Positions 45,397 to 54,570 of a stretch of DNA of 64,000 bases are shown piece by piece (the stretch's first letter is position 1; every line of letters starts with the position of its first letter). The stretch lies in IMG/VR virus record IMGVR_UViG_3300032274_000001, positions 1-64,000 of that record. One strand, given 5' to 3'. The stretch comes from a virus (taxonomy: Duplodnaviria; Caudoviricetes). Under the pieces are notes generated by a model. The model had not been told where the DNA came from, did no database searches, and saw only the letters and a program-made list of their open reading frames with translations. Made by a program: the position numbers and the translations under genes.

Positions 45397-45725
45397 AGAC
45401 AGAACGACGCTATTCCCGGTCACGATTCAAGGCAAGGATGGGGGTGTTGTAATGCCCCCCGGGACTCCCGAGAGGTTGATCGAGGCTTTGCGGGAGTTGC
45501 TTGCAGTTGAGACATCCCGTCGGAGGAGGGCTGCGGGGGTCGTCGGGGATGGACGAAGCCCCTCGCCCCGCAGCCCCTGTTACGTAGGGCGACTCTCCCT
45601 GAGTCGAAAGGGACCCCCAGGGATGGTTCCGAGGAGAACCACGGTCTCAGTATCACAGAGCCGTTTGCCCTGGCTAGCTTGATTCAGGTACACAGGCGTC
45701 AGGACTTTGGACGCGCGAGGCATGC

Positions 45726-48497
45726 GTGGCCCGGCGTGAGGTGACGGCTAGTCGCGGCAAGCAGCCGTCGCGCGCACGGAACAAGTCCGCCCGGGGTAAG
45801 ACCTCCACCCAAAAGGCAGGCCCCCAGACCGAGCAGCGCGCCGGAGACGTCCAGGGCTTGTCGGCCTTCGACAAGTTCAACCGGGCTCTAGACCTGCTCG
45901 GCCAGGGGCGGATGTCTGACCTTCAGGATCCGTACCTGCAGCTCAGCTCCTGGTACTCAGGAGTCCAGGTCATCAGCATGAGCATGCAGCGGGCACCGTT
46001 CGTGCCTTGGATGACGGGTGAGCGCTCTGGGGAGATCACGTCGGGGCCCCTGTACGACCTGACTAAGCAGCCGAACACGGCGCAAACGTGGGATCAATTC
46101 CTCGGCCAGGCGATCGTGCACATGCACGGGCCCAAGGGCGCGGCCTACATGCACAAGAAGGGCAAGCGGAGCATTGGCTTGCCCGAGGAGATCCGGCTCA
46201 TCGACCCGCAGAGGGTCCATGCTGCAGTGTCCAGCGAGGACACGATGGAGCTCCGCGGTTGGAACATCGACCGGGGCCCCAACGGGGAGCCGCCACAGGA
46301 GATCCGTGGCGACGACAAAGACGACATCATCCCGATCTACCTAGCCGCACACCCTACGGACCCGTACCAGTCGGTAAGCCCGCAGATTCCCGGCCAGCTA
46401 GACCTAGACACCGAGCGCATGGCGGCCCTGTACACGGCGTCTACGCTGGCCTCTGGGGGTAGTCCGGGGTTGCTGTTCTCGTTCCTGGGGGACTCGGATT
46501 GGGACGAGGAGCAGGGCCGGGCCGTCGAAGAGAAGCTGAAACAGAAGTACGGCACCCACGACGGCTACCGGATGGCTGCTGTGTCGGGGGATTGGAAGGT
46601 CCAGAACCTGGGCATGCGGCCCCGGGACATGGAGTTCACGCAGTGGCGGAGTGCGATCATCAACATCATTGCTCGCCTTCTCGGCATCACGCCGTTGCTG
46701 CTGGCCCACTACGAGGGCGCCACGGGCCTCAGTGATGCCGGTTTGCAGGTCCAGGAGCGAGTCAACTACCGGCAGAAGTTCATTCCACTCGGCTCCAAGA
46801 TTGCGAACGCTTGGCAGAAGGGCATCGTCAATCCGTACAACCCAGCCATCGAGGTCTTGTTCGACTTCTCCCAGATCGAAGCCTTGCAGGAGGATTTCGC
46901 GGCGAAGCTGGTAGCCGCGCAGGCGTTGGCTCAGCTTCTGATCCCGCTGGAGCAGATCGACTCGCTACTGGACCTCGGGCTGGACTTGTCGAAGATCCCT
47001 TGGGCGAGTGATGTCCTGGTGCCCTTCGGCCAGGTGCCGGCGAGTCAGATGGGCGTTTCAACGGAGGACGCGGCAGAAGGGGACGCGCTGCCCACCGAGC
47101 CGCTTGCCGAGACCAGCGACAGCGGAGCGGGTGCCCTCAATGGTGCCCAGGCCAAGGAAGCGTTGAACATCATCTCCCAGGTCAGGCTGGGCAGTATCCC
47201 GAAGACGACAGCCGTGGCCCTCCTGGTGGCCATGAATGTTCCCCCGCAATTGGCGAGTCAGATGCTTGCCGATGTAAAGCTCGCGCCACCGGAGCAGATC
47301 GCCGACGAGGCTGCAGCGGCTAAGGGCGAGCGGGCCGTTGAGGGCGACCCGGACGAAGAAGTAGACCCGGCCTCGGTGGTGGAAACGCACTCCGAGGACG
47401 ACGAGAACGCCCCGGACGTGGTGATTGAGGGACGTACCCTCAAGCTCTCCATCAAGCGCCGCAGGAAGGCCGCGAAGGACTACCAGAAGGCCCGAGAGAA
47501 GGCGGTCACGCGGGTCAAGGGCAAGGTCAAGCGCGCCATGATGACGCATCGCTCAGCGGTGCTCCGGGCGTTCAATGAACAGGCAGGCACCAGCCTCCGA
47601 GCCATCATGCGGGCCCAGAATCCCGACATGACGGAGCTGCAGCTACATGAGCTGACCCCGGAAGAGGTGGTGGCGCGTGCACCGACCGAGCTCGAAGAGG
47701 CAGAGATCCAGGCCATTCTGGATGCCGTCGACCGGGGATTGATCGCGGCGACGATCTCACCAGCGGTCGAGCAGGCCATGCGGCAAGCGGTTGCCGCCGG
47801 GGAGCCTACGCTCGAAGCCCTCGGCGTGGCCAAGGCGGACCTCACCGAGTACCGCAAGCGGCTCCCTGCGCTGACGAAGAAGTACGCGGCGCAGACCCTG
47901 CAGAAGGGCCCCGCCACGGCAGCCGAGGAGATGGTCAAGCGGGCCGTCCGCAAGACGATCGTTGACGCCATCGACGAGGGCAAGACGGTAGCCCAGACGG
48001 CCAAGTCGTTGCGGGCGATGTTCAACGAGACGATGAGCGACGGCCGAGCCCGGGTGATTGCCCAGACCGAGACGGGCATCGCTATGAACACGGCCCAGTT
48101 CGAGCACTACAGCGCCAACGGGGTCGAGGAGATCGAGTGGCGGGCCCGTATGATTCGCACCCGCGAGTCCCACGAGGCCATGCACGGGACGCGGGCCAAG
48201 ATCGGCGAGGAGTTCGGCAACGGCCTCAAGTACCCGCAGGAGCCGGGGGCACCGGCCGCCGAGGTGGTGGAGTGTCACTGCGGAGTGGTCCCGGTGGCGC
48301 GGTCGCGGTCGGAGGTGCAGGTCGAGGCGGCAGCGCTCGAGGAGATAGAAGGCCGCGGGGTTCAGGAGCGGGACGGGTCGTTTTACGTCATGACCGACGA
48401 CGGTGTGGCGTTGAGTCGAGCCTTCGAGACTAGAGAGCAGGCACAGCAGCGCTTTGCAGCCATGGAGAGCTTCAGGCGCGAGGGGGTAGGGGCATGA
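45726..48497 (+). CDS. Portal protein fused to Mu gpF-like head morphogenesis domain
   Basis: HK97-type portal (PN..QT...F, G.PG, DMEF...I...G.P.LL); ARVIAQTE, W..R...RESH..HG, GLKYP.EP..PA.EVVECHC. Confidence 0.88.
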   Translation: MARREVTASRGKQPSRARNKSARGKTSTQKAGPQTEQRAGDVQGLSAFDKFNRALDLLGQGRMSDLQDPYLQLSSWYSGVQVISMSMQRAPFVPWMTGERSGEITSGPLYDLTKQPNTAQTWDQFLGQAIVHMHGPKGAAYMHKKGKRSIGLPEEIRLIDPQRVHAAVSSEDTMELRGWNIDRGPNGEPPQEIRGDDKDDIIPIYLAAHPTDPYQSVSPQIPGQLDLDTERMAALYTASTLASGGSPGLLFSFLGDSDWDEEQGRAVEEKLKQKYGTHDGYRMAAVSGDWKVQNLGMRPRDMEFTQWRSAIINIIARLLGITPLLLAHYEGATGLSDAGLQVQERVNYRQKFIPLGSKIANAWQKGIVNPYNPAIEVLFDFSQIEALQEDFAAKLVAAQALAQLLIPLEQIDSLLDLGLDLSKIPWASDVLVPFGQVPASQMGVSTEDAAEGDALPTEPLAETSDSGAGALNGAQAKEALNIISQVRLGSIPKTTAVALLVAMNVPPQLASQMLADVKLAPPEQIADEAAAAKGERAVEGDPDEEVDPASVVETHSEDDENAPDVVIEGRTLKLSIKRRRKAAKDYQKAREKAVTRVKGKVKRAMMTHRSAVLRAFNEQAGTSLRAIMRAQNPDMTELQLHELTPEEVVARAPTELEEAEIQAILDAVDRGLIAATISPAVEQAMRQAVAAGEPTLEALGVAKADLTEYRKRLPALTKKYAAQTLQKGPATAAEEMVKRAVRKTIVDAIDEGKTVAQTAKSLRAMFNETMSDGRARVIAQTETGIAMNTAQFEHYSANGVEEIEWRARMIRTRESHEAMHGTRAKIGEEFGNGLKYPQEPGAPAAEVVECHCGVVPVARSRSEVQVEAAALEEIEGRGVQERDGSFYVMTDDGVALSRAFETREQAQQRFAAMESFRREGVGA

Positions 48498-50557
48498 CCA
48501 TGAGAACGCTACGAAGCGTTGACGACTGGTACGGCGGACAGAACCCGCTCGACGCATTGGAGTTCCAGCGGGCAACCAAAAAGGGCCGCGTCGGTACCAA
48601 CAACGAGATTCTGAAGCGAGGGTCGGCGATCGAGGCAGAGGCCGGCCGGTTCCAGATGAACGAGCGTGTGCTGGTTCGCTCTGGGCTCAACGTCGTCCAG
48701 GCGCGCCAGGCGCCCCAGGACCTATACGGCTCCGACGCCAACGTGGTGCGGTTCTGCGTCGTGTCGGGCGAGGATGCCCGAGACAACAAGGGGCTGGACG
48801 TCCAGGGCGGCAACACGCAGGCGTTCCGGGCGAACCCGGTGGTGCCCTGGTGCCACATCTACAACGAGCCGCCCGTGGGCCGGGGCCGGTACATCGCGAC
48901 CATGAAGCGTGCCGGCGGGCCGTACGAGCTGTGGTCGGACGTCGAATTCATCCCCGAGGACATCTACCCGTTCGGGGCAGTCATCGGCCGCATGTACAAG
49001 GGCGGTTGGCTGAGGGGCATCTCGCTGGGCTGGATCCCGACCAAGGTCAGGGAGGTTCGGAGCCGAGGCGGGAAGCTTCAGAAGGTCGTGTCCGAGCAGT
49101 GGGAGATGGTCGAGGAGTCGGCCTGCGCGATCCCGATTGATCGGTGGGGGCTGGCCGAGATGGCCTCGGCGGGCATCTTCGGCGAGGGGACAAAGCGGTC
49201 CCACTTGGCTGACAACTTCGTCGAGACCTACCGGCGCACCGTTGGCGACAACGGCGACTGGACGGGTTGGAGCGAGGGCGTGGCCTACGAGATCTCGGGC
49301 AAGGATGTCCGTATGGTTCCCGACTGCAGCGAGGGAGCTGCCACCGAGGATGGCCTGAGCGACGAGGCAAGGGCCGTCCTGACCGAGGCCCGCGAGAGCA
49401 TTACCCGGGCCTACGAGCCCGAGGCCCAGCGCGAGCTCGTGGAGGAGCACCACATCGACCCCGAGAGCAACCTCGGCGACCTGAAGGCCCTGTCCGTCGA
49501 GGCGGCTGCGGTCCGGAGTCTAGGTGCGGGAGAGGATGACCCCGTAGAAGAGCCCGAGGCTCGCTCTGAGCCGACCGGGGAGGATCCCGAGGGGGAAGCC
49601 CTGGAGGTGGAGCAGGCGAGCGGAGAGCGGCTCCCAGGGGAGTTGCTACGCGGCGAGGTCTCGGACGAGTTGGACCTGGTCTATGACCGGCTGCGGGGTG
49701 CGGTGGTGGCAGCCATGGACGCCACGGAGCGTCTGTACTGGCTGGGCAACTCGGCGTACTGGCAGGGCAGGAGCCTGGCCGAGACGCTGGGGTTCCCTCC
49801 GGAGCAGCGGGAGCGGGTATTGGCCGAGACCCGGCAGCTGGGCGCCGATGACCCGGAGAGCCCCGACGCATTGCACAACCTGATCGCTCGGCAGACGAAG
49901 CGACTGCGGAGCTCGGCGAATCTGATCCTGGAGGCCACGGTAGCGGCCGAGGATGCCATGGACGTTGGCGATTCGGTGGGCGAGACGGCGTCGGCCGAGG
50001 TTGGCGCCTCGGTGGTCGAAGAGGCGGGCCTTACCGAGGCGTTGTCGATCATGGTCCATCGGATGGCCGATGAGGGTGTCGAGATCCGGGCAGGCAAGAA
50101 GATCTCCAAGAGTCGGCGGGAGAAGATCGGCGGCCTGCTCAAGCAGCTTCAGAGCGTCACCAAGGGCCTGAAGCAGGTACTCGGGGAGGGCGAGAGGGAG
50201 GCGAAGGTTGAGGACGAGCCGAAGGCTGAGACGGCGTCGCTGGGGCCGAAGCTTGCCGAGCTCCGTAGCCTGGCCGGCCTGGGAGACCGGGAAGGTGTCG
50301 TCGCTGCGGATCCGGTCGAGGCGCCAGCTACCCGGTCGCGCGTGCTCGAGATCCTGGACAAGGCCAAGGCCAAGGCCAAGCCCCTCGACGGCACGGACCC
50401 GAAGCCGGAGAGCCGAACCAATGGCGAACTCCCGGGGGTGAGGGTGCCGAAGACAGAGGGCAAGAAGGTCACGGCTGAATTCGCCCGAGACCTGGCTGCG
50501 GGGATCGACAAGCTCCGCGCCAAGGCGGGCCTTGACCAGGGCGCGGGAGCCGAGTAG
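48494..50557 (+). CDS. Prohead protease with long acidic (scaffold-like) C-terminus
   Basis: DARD, F.ANPVVPWCH..PVGR, GWLRGISLGW.P, W...EESAC.IP. Confidence 0.8.
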   Translation: MTMRTLRSVDDWYGGQNPLDALEFQRATKKGRVGTNNEILKRGSAIEAEAGRFQMNERVLVRSGLNVVQARQAPQDLYGSDANVVRFCVVSGEDARDNKGLDVQGGNTQAFRANPVVPWCHIYNEPPVGRGRYIATMKRAGGPYELWSDVEFIPEDIYPFGAVIGRMYKGGWLRGISLGWIPTKVREVRSRGGKLQKVVSEQWEMVEESACAIPIDRWGLAEMASAGIFGEGTKRSHLADNFVETYRRTVGDNGDWTGWSEGVAYEISGKDVRMVPDCSEGAATEDGLSDEARAVLTEARESITRAYEPEAQRELVEEHHIDPESNLGDLKALSVEAAAVRSLGAGEDDPVEEPEARSEPTGEDPEGEALEVEQASGERLPGELLRGEVSDELDLVYDRLRGAVVAAMDATERLYWLGNSAYWQGRSLAETLGFPPEQRERVLAETRQLGADDPESPDALHNLIARQTKRLRSSANLILEATVAAEDAMDVGDSVGETASAEVGASVVEEAGLTEALSIMVHRMADEGVEIRAGKKISKSRREKIGGLLKQLQSVTKGLKQVLGEGEREAKVEDEPKAETASLGPKLAELRSLAGLGDREGVVAADPVEAPATRSRVLEILDKAKAKAKPLDGTDPKPESRTNGELPGVRVPKTEGKKVTAEFARDLAAGIDKLRAKAGLDQGAGAE

Positions 50558-50580
50558 GTCCGGATGCACACTCACACGTA

Positions 50581-50878
50581 ATCGAGGGTGGGTTGTAAGA
50601 CCCCAACTGCGGGGAGAGGGCCAGTCCATAGGGGGCTGGCCTTTTCCTTTGGTGGTTGACCGCTCGCGAGGGGGCGAGTAGTCTTCTCCGCAGTTCGTAC
50701 CAGTACCGAACGCTCGGCACTGCCGGCGTGGCCTCTCATGGGTAGGCGCACGCAAACGGCCAGCGCACACGGGTGAATCGGCTGAGGCGACGTCCTGGTT
50801 GGTCCTTCTTTTGGACTGCCATCGTTGACGGCCCGGCTTAACCCGTAACGCGCACTCAGGGGGATTCCCCTTGGGGCG
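50581..50878 (+). ncRNA. Putative structured RNA / 5' leader of the capsid gene
   Basis: At least six hand-paired helices with many G-U pairs in a 337-nt intergenic gap. Confidence 0.55.
50611..50650 (+). terminator. Intrinsic-terminator-like hairpin within the capsid leader
   Basis: GGCCAGTCC-ATAGG-GGGCTGGCC followed by TTTTCCTTT. Confidence 0.45.
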
Positions 50879-50894
50879 AGAAAGCACACCACCC

Positions 50895-52271
50895 ATGGCG
50901 AACGAAGCCCACATTCGTGAAGTCTCCGAGAAGGAGCTCCACTCGCTGATCGAGGTTGCTGAGCACTCCCTCGACGAGAACAAGAACAGCATCGAGAAGC
51001 TGCAGCGCGCCCTCGATGGGGACCCCGACAAGAAGGACGACGCCGGCAATCCGCTCGAGCCAGGCATGCGTGCCGAGCTTACGGCGATGGCCGAGGAGCT
51101 GGCGGACACGCGCCAGTGCATGACCGACGTCCTCGAGGAGTTCAAAAAGGTAGACGAGCGCACCGACCGGTCCGACAAGGTCTGGCGTGCCTACGAGGAT
51201 GCGGACCCGCGGGGCTTCCACACCAAGACGTACCGGGCCCTTGCCGACGTCTACAACGCCTCCTACGACTCGTGGAAGAAGGACAACTACGCGAGCTCGC
51301 CTGAGGGGCACACCCGTGCGGCGGACCAGTCGTCCACCACGGACACCCAGGGCGGTATCCTGGTCCCGACAGCGACGTGGGAAAACGTCGCGTACATCAT
51401 CGGCCAGAAGTCGTTTCTGCGCGCGTACGGCACGCAGGTGCCACTGCCGACCGACGACCTGAAGGTCCCGTACCTGCCCGAGATCCCGACCATGTACGTG
51501 CAGGGCACCCAGGGGGTCGAGCCCACGCACGGGTCGCTGATCTTCGACGACACCCAGATGCTCTCCGCGAAGACCTACCTGGGCATCAACGTCATCCCGA
51601 ACCAGCTCGTCCAGGATGCCGTCCGGATCTGGGCGACGTTCTGGGCGCGTGTCTTCACCGACGCCATGGCGCTCAAGGAGAACAAGGGCATGTTCTCCGA
51701 GAAGCCCACCGACGCCAACGGCGCATTCTCTGGCGTCATCCAGGAGGTCGAGGGCGCGACCACGAACAAGCATGAGTACTACCTCGGCGGGTCCAGCACG
51801 TCTGGGAGCACCCACTTCTCGACGCTCAGCTACGACGATCTGGTCGAGATCCAGAGCCTTCCCAACGAGAACAGCGCGGACGGCAACCGGTGGTTCATGC
51901 ACCGCAACGTCGGCAAGTACATCCGGAAGCTGAAGACCACCGACGGCTTCCCGCTGATCGGCCCGATGACGCAGGGCATGGCGTCGATGAATCCGAAGCC
52001 GGACACGCAGGGCCCGCGCTCGACTCCGCTGCTGAGCGACCCGATGCACGAGACGTCGGCGATGCCTGGCACGAATGCGGTGTCGAAGTCGGTGATCGTG
52101 TACGGGAATCCCGCCTACACCTTCTGGGGCGAGCGGGCTCCGATGTCGATCGAGTTCTCGAAGGAGAGCCAGTTCAAGGACTACGCGACCGTCATGCGCG
52201 TGGCGGAGCGGATCGCGCAGAAGACCATTGCGGTCGATGCGTATTCGATCGGGAGGGTCGCGGCGAGCTAA
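50895..52271 (+). CDS. Major capsid protein, HK97 fold with N-terminal delta-like coiled coil
   Basis: GGILVP..W...I; IP.QL..DA..spine helix; WFMH....IRKLK..DG.P; IVYGN..Y..G.R; RV.ER. Confidence 0.93.
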   Translation: MANEAHIREVSEKELHSLIEVAEHSLDENKNSIEKLQRALDGDPDKKDDAGNPLEPGMRAELTAMAEELADTRQCMTDVLEEFKKVDERTDRSDKVWRAYEDADPRGFHTKTYRALADVYNASYDSWKKDNYASSPEGHTRAADQSSTTDTQGGILVPTATWENVAYIIGQKSFLRAYGTQVPLPTDDLKVPYLPEIPTMYVQGTQGVEPTHGSLIFDDTQMLSAKTYLGINVIPNQLVQDAVRIWATFWARVFTDAMALKENKGMFSEKPTDANGAFSGVIQEVEGATTNKHEYYLGGSSTSGSTHFSTLSYDDLVEIQSLPNENSADGNRWFMHRNVGKYIRKLKTTDGFPLIGPMTQGMASMNPKPDTQGPRSTPLLSDPMHETSAMPGTNAVSKSVIVYGNPAYTFWGERAPMSIEFSKESQFKDYATVMRVAERIAQKTIAVDAYSIGRVAAS

Positions 52272-52347
52272 CCGAATCCCGCATGAGGAGCGACGATCCG
52301 ACCACCGAAGTCAGCCGGCGGGGTTGGGGAGCTGGGATGGGCTGACC

Positions 52348-52379
52348 AGCGGGGGTCTTGCTACGGCGGGGCCCCCGTT
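52348..52379 (+). terminator. 14-bp hairpin with C(UACG)G tetraloop after the capsid gene
   Basis: agcgggggtcttgc-tacg-gcggggcccccgtt, includes 5 G-U pairs. Confidence 0.65.
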
Positions 52380-52446
52380 GCTATTTGGGACGTGGCCGTG
52401 CGGGGGCTGTGCAGCGGCCCGACATGGGCAGCAGCGACGTCGGACT

Positions 52447-52483
52447 CGGGGGAGTCTCCTTTACTTGGGGGCTCCCCCGTTTT
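52447..52483 (+). terminator. Intrinsic terminator
   Basis: 13-bp stem cgggggagtctcc/gggggctcccccg followed by TTTT. Confidence 0.75.
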
Positions 52484-52501
52484 CGTGGTAGAGGGCCGGG
52501 T

Positions 52502-52789
52502 ATGAAGCGGAGAGGGTTTCTGGGGGCGCTGGCTGGGTTGTTCGCCGCGCCTTTGGTGAAGGTGGCCCATGCGCCGATCGCGACGGCGTCGCCCGTGGTG
52601 CTGGCTGCTGAGCCAATCGCGAAGGAATTGTCCGCCGACGCGGTTCAGTCCCTTGAGGGACTGTTTGCCCAGGTGTTTACGGACGCCATGGAGCTTGCAG
52701 AGAACAGGATGATCTTTGGTCATCACGCAGAGGTCCGGCCGGTTGCGGTCTATGAGCCACCTCCGGGCTACGAGCATCGGTTCGGATAG
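52502..52789 (+). CDS. Twin-arginine (Tat-like) protein containing a capsid-derived segment
   Basis: MKRRGFLG N-terminus; 34-aa gapless match to the MCP (16 identities). Confidence 0.7.
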   Translation: MKRRGFLGALAGLFAAPLVKVAHAPIATASPVVLAAEPIAKELSADAVQSLEGLFAQVFTDAMELAENRMIFGHHAEVRPVAVYEPPPGYEHRFG

Positions 52790-52800
52790 GAGACAGATCG

Positions 52801-53196
52801 ATGGCAACGACAACGGTTGAGTATCTGAGGGACTACGAGGGCCATGCCGTAGGGGACCGGGAGGGCTTGGACGTCCACGACGCCGCCGGGCTGGTCATGG
52901 CTGGGGTGGTCCGAGATGTGAACGGGAAGTGCGCGAAGCGGGGTCTGGTGCCGGCGACGCTGACGGTGGTGGACGAAGCGTCCCCGGTCGATGACAGGGT
53001 GTTCGACACCCTGGAGCAACGCCCCTTGCCGAGCACGTCGGACATCGAGCGCGACGCCGATGGCTTCCCCATCGGGCGGAGGTTCAAGCCCAAGGATCCG
53101 GACTCGGAGGTGGTCGCCGGGGCGTTCGCTGCCACCGATGCGGGGCTGAAGCCCTTGGCCGAGGTTCCGAAGATCGGAGATGACGGCGATGAGTGA
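52801..53196 (+). CDS. Putative head-associated small protein
   Basis: VEYLRDY.G...GD...DA..LV.AGV motif; GGAG RBS. Confidence 0.55.
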   Translation: MATTTVEYLRDYEGHAVGDREGLDVHDAAGLVMAGVVRDVNGKCAKRGLVPATLTVVDEASPVDDRVFDTLEQRPLPSTSDIERDADGFPIGRRFKPKDPDSEVVAGAFAATDAGLKPLAEVPKIGDDGDE

Positions 53197-53626
53197 CGCG
53201 GCTAGAGAGATGCAGTGGTGGGAGCACGTGAACTGGAACGCTCCGCACTGGGTCAAGATCACCGTCCGGGACGTCTCTACCGTGGTGGGGAACGTGGCCA
53301 AGGGCTCGGTGGTGCGGATGCCTGGCACGGAGGCAAGGCGCTTGTGTCAGTGGGCCAACCCTCCGCTTGGGGAGCTCGCAGACGAGCTGGCAGAGCGCTG
53401 GCTGATCCTGACCCCTACGGCGGCCTCGTTTAGCCCCGAGACGGTGCGGGAGATGGAGGCTGGGCCAACCCCTGGCCCGGCCATCGTGCTCCCAGAGGCG
53501 AAGCGAGAGCCCTTGGCGGAGGTGATTGCCCGGTGTGCCGCGTCTGGTGTGGGGCACTCTTTGAAGCAGTCGCGGAGGATCGCGAAGCAGCGAGCCACGC
53601 GGGAAGCGAAGCGACTGGCTCCCTGA
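53189..53626 (+). CDS. Hypothetical protein
   Basis: G.VV.MP..EA.RL motif similar to the previous gene. Confidence 0.5.
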   Translation: MSDAAREMQWWEHVNWNAPHWVKITVRDVSTVVGNVAKGSVVRMPGTEARRLCQWANPPLGELADELAERWLILTPTAASFSPETVREMEAGPTPGPAIVLPEAKREPLAEVIARCAASGVGHSLKQSRRIAKQRATREAKRLAP

Positions 53627-53658
53627 GGGGGACCGGTCTTGGCCTGGAGGGAGACGAG

Positions 53659-53937
53659 ATGAGAAGGCAACGAGATGGGGAGATGGCGAGGCGTACTCCC
53701 GGTCAGCGAGTAGCCCGTTGGGTCCGGGTCGCCGTCGCTACCCTCAGGGGTAAGGTAGACGGGGGGCCCGAGGGCCTGCGTGTCCCGTGGTGGTGCCGAT
53801 TCCCTGCTGGTTGGCACCTGAACGTGGAGCGGAGCGGCTTCGACGGGTGTAGCCACGAGGGCCGTTGTCTGGACTGTGGCCGGCGTGTCTTGCTGGATTC
53901 TCAGGGTAACTGGTTCGAGATGGAGGAGAGATCATGA
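53659..53937 (+). CDS. Hypothetical protein
   Basis: C...GWH...C..CG motif. Confidence 0.45.
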   Translation: MRRQRDGEMARRTPGQRVARWVRVAVATLRGKVDGGPEGLRVPWWCRFPAGWHLNVERSGFDGCSHEGRCLDCGRRVLLDSQGNWFEMEERS

Positions 53938-54296
53938 AGCGACGCTCACTGGTACAGGCTCTAGCGGCTCTCCCTGGGCTCCTGGCGGCATTTCGGTCGG
54001 CGTCCGGGGCAGAGGAGAGGGGAAGCCTGATCGTCTTGGGTGGCCCGTTGCACGCTTCGGTGATGGTGCATGATGGCTTTGAGGGCTGGTACCAGCAGCT
54101 TCCGTGCGGGGATCACTGTTCGCGCATGGTGGAATGGCGGAACCTCGGTGATGGAATGATCAAGGCCCGCAGTCCAGAGGACGTGCCATGCCTGCGCGCG
54201 TGGGTAGGGAAGACCCCGACCATCCTTGGCATCGACCCCGCGTATCCGGGGGCAGAGGAATCGGCTCACTGGACGGGCCAGTGGTCCCCCATGTGA
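53934..54296 (+). CDS. Second twin-arginine-like protein
   Basis: MKRRSLVQALAALPGLLAAFRSASG. Confidence 0.5.
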   Translation: MKRRSLVQALAALPGLLAAFRSASGAEERGSLIVLGGPLHASVMVHDGFEGWYQQLPCGDHCSRMVEWRNLGDGMIKARSPEDVPCLRAWVGKTPTILGIDPAYPGAEESAHWTGQWSPM

Positions 54297-54352
54297 CCCC
54301 GCCGCAAAACCTGACCGAAATGCATACCACGTTGGTAGGGAGGAACCTGGAG

Positions 54353-54544
54353 ATGAGTGACGTAGAGTACCGACTGAAGTTCCGGATTGGCGATGCGGCA
54401 GTTTACAAGGGGGAGATCACTGGCCGCGTAGATGCGATCCGGATCGAAGCCGAGTCCGTGAGGGTCCGGCTGGTGATAGACGAGATCGGGACGCAGCTGT
54501 GGGCTCTAGAGTCGCTGGTCGACTTCGCCCCCGATCCCGCCTGA
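54353..54544 (+). CDS. Small SH3-like protein
   Basis: KFRIGD.A...G.V..I pattern. Confidence 0.5.
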   Translation: MSDVEYRLKFRIGDAAVYKGEITGRVDAIRIEAESVRVRLVIDEIGTQLWALESLVDFAPDPA

Positions 54545-54570
54545 CCCCGGGGGGTGATCGCATCGAAAGC

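Noticed and set aside
50581-50878. Glycine, cobalamin, SAM-I or c-di-GMP riboswitch; hammerhead; tRNA
   Set aside because: Only short fragments (GGAGAG, CTCTCA, ACGCAAA) match; the required core motifs and spacing are absent
50871-50894. TTG start for the capsid gene as given in the track
   Set aside because: It lies inside the last hairpin; ATG 50895 is more plausible. Several other track starts were trimmed to coupled or RBS-led starts
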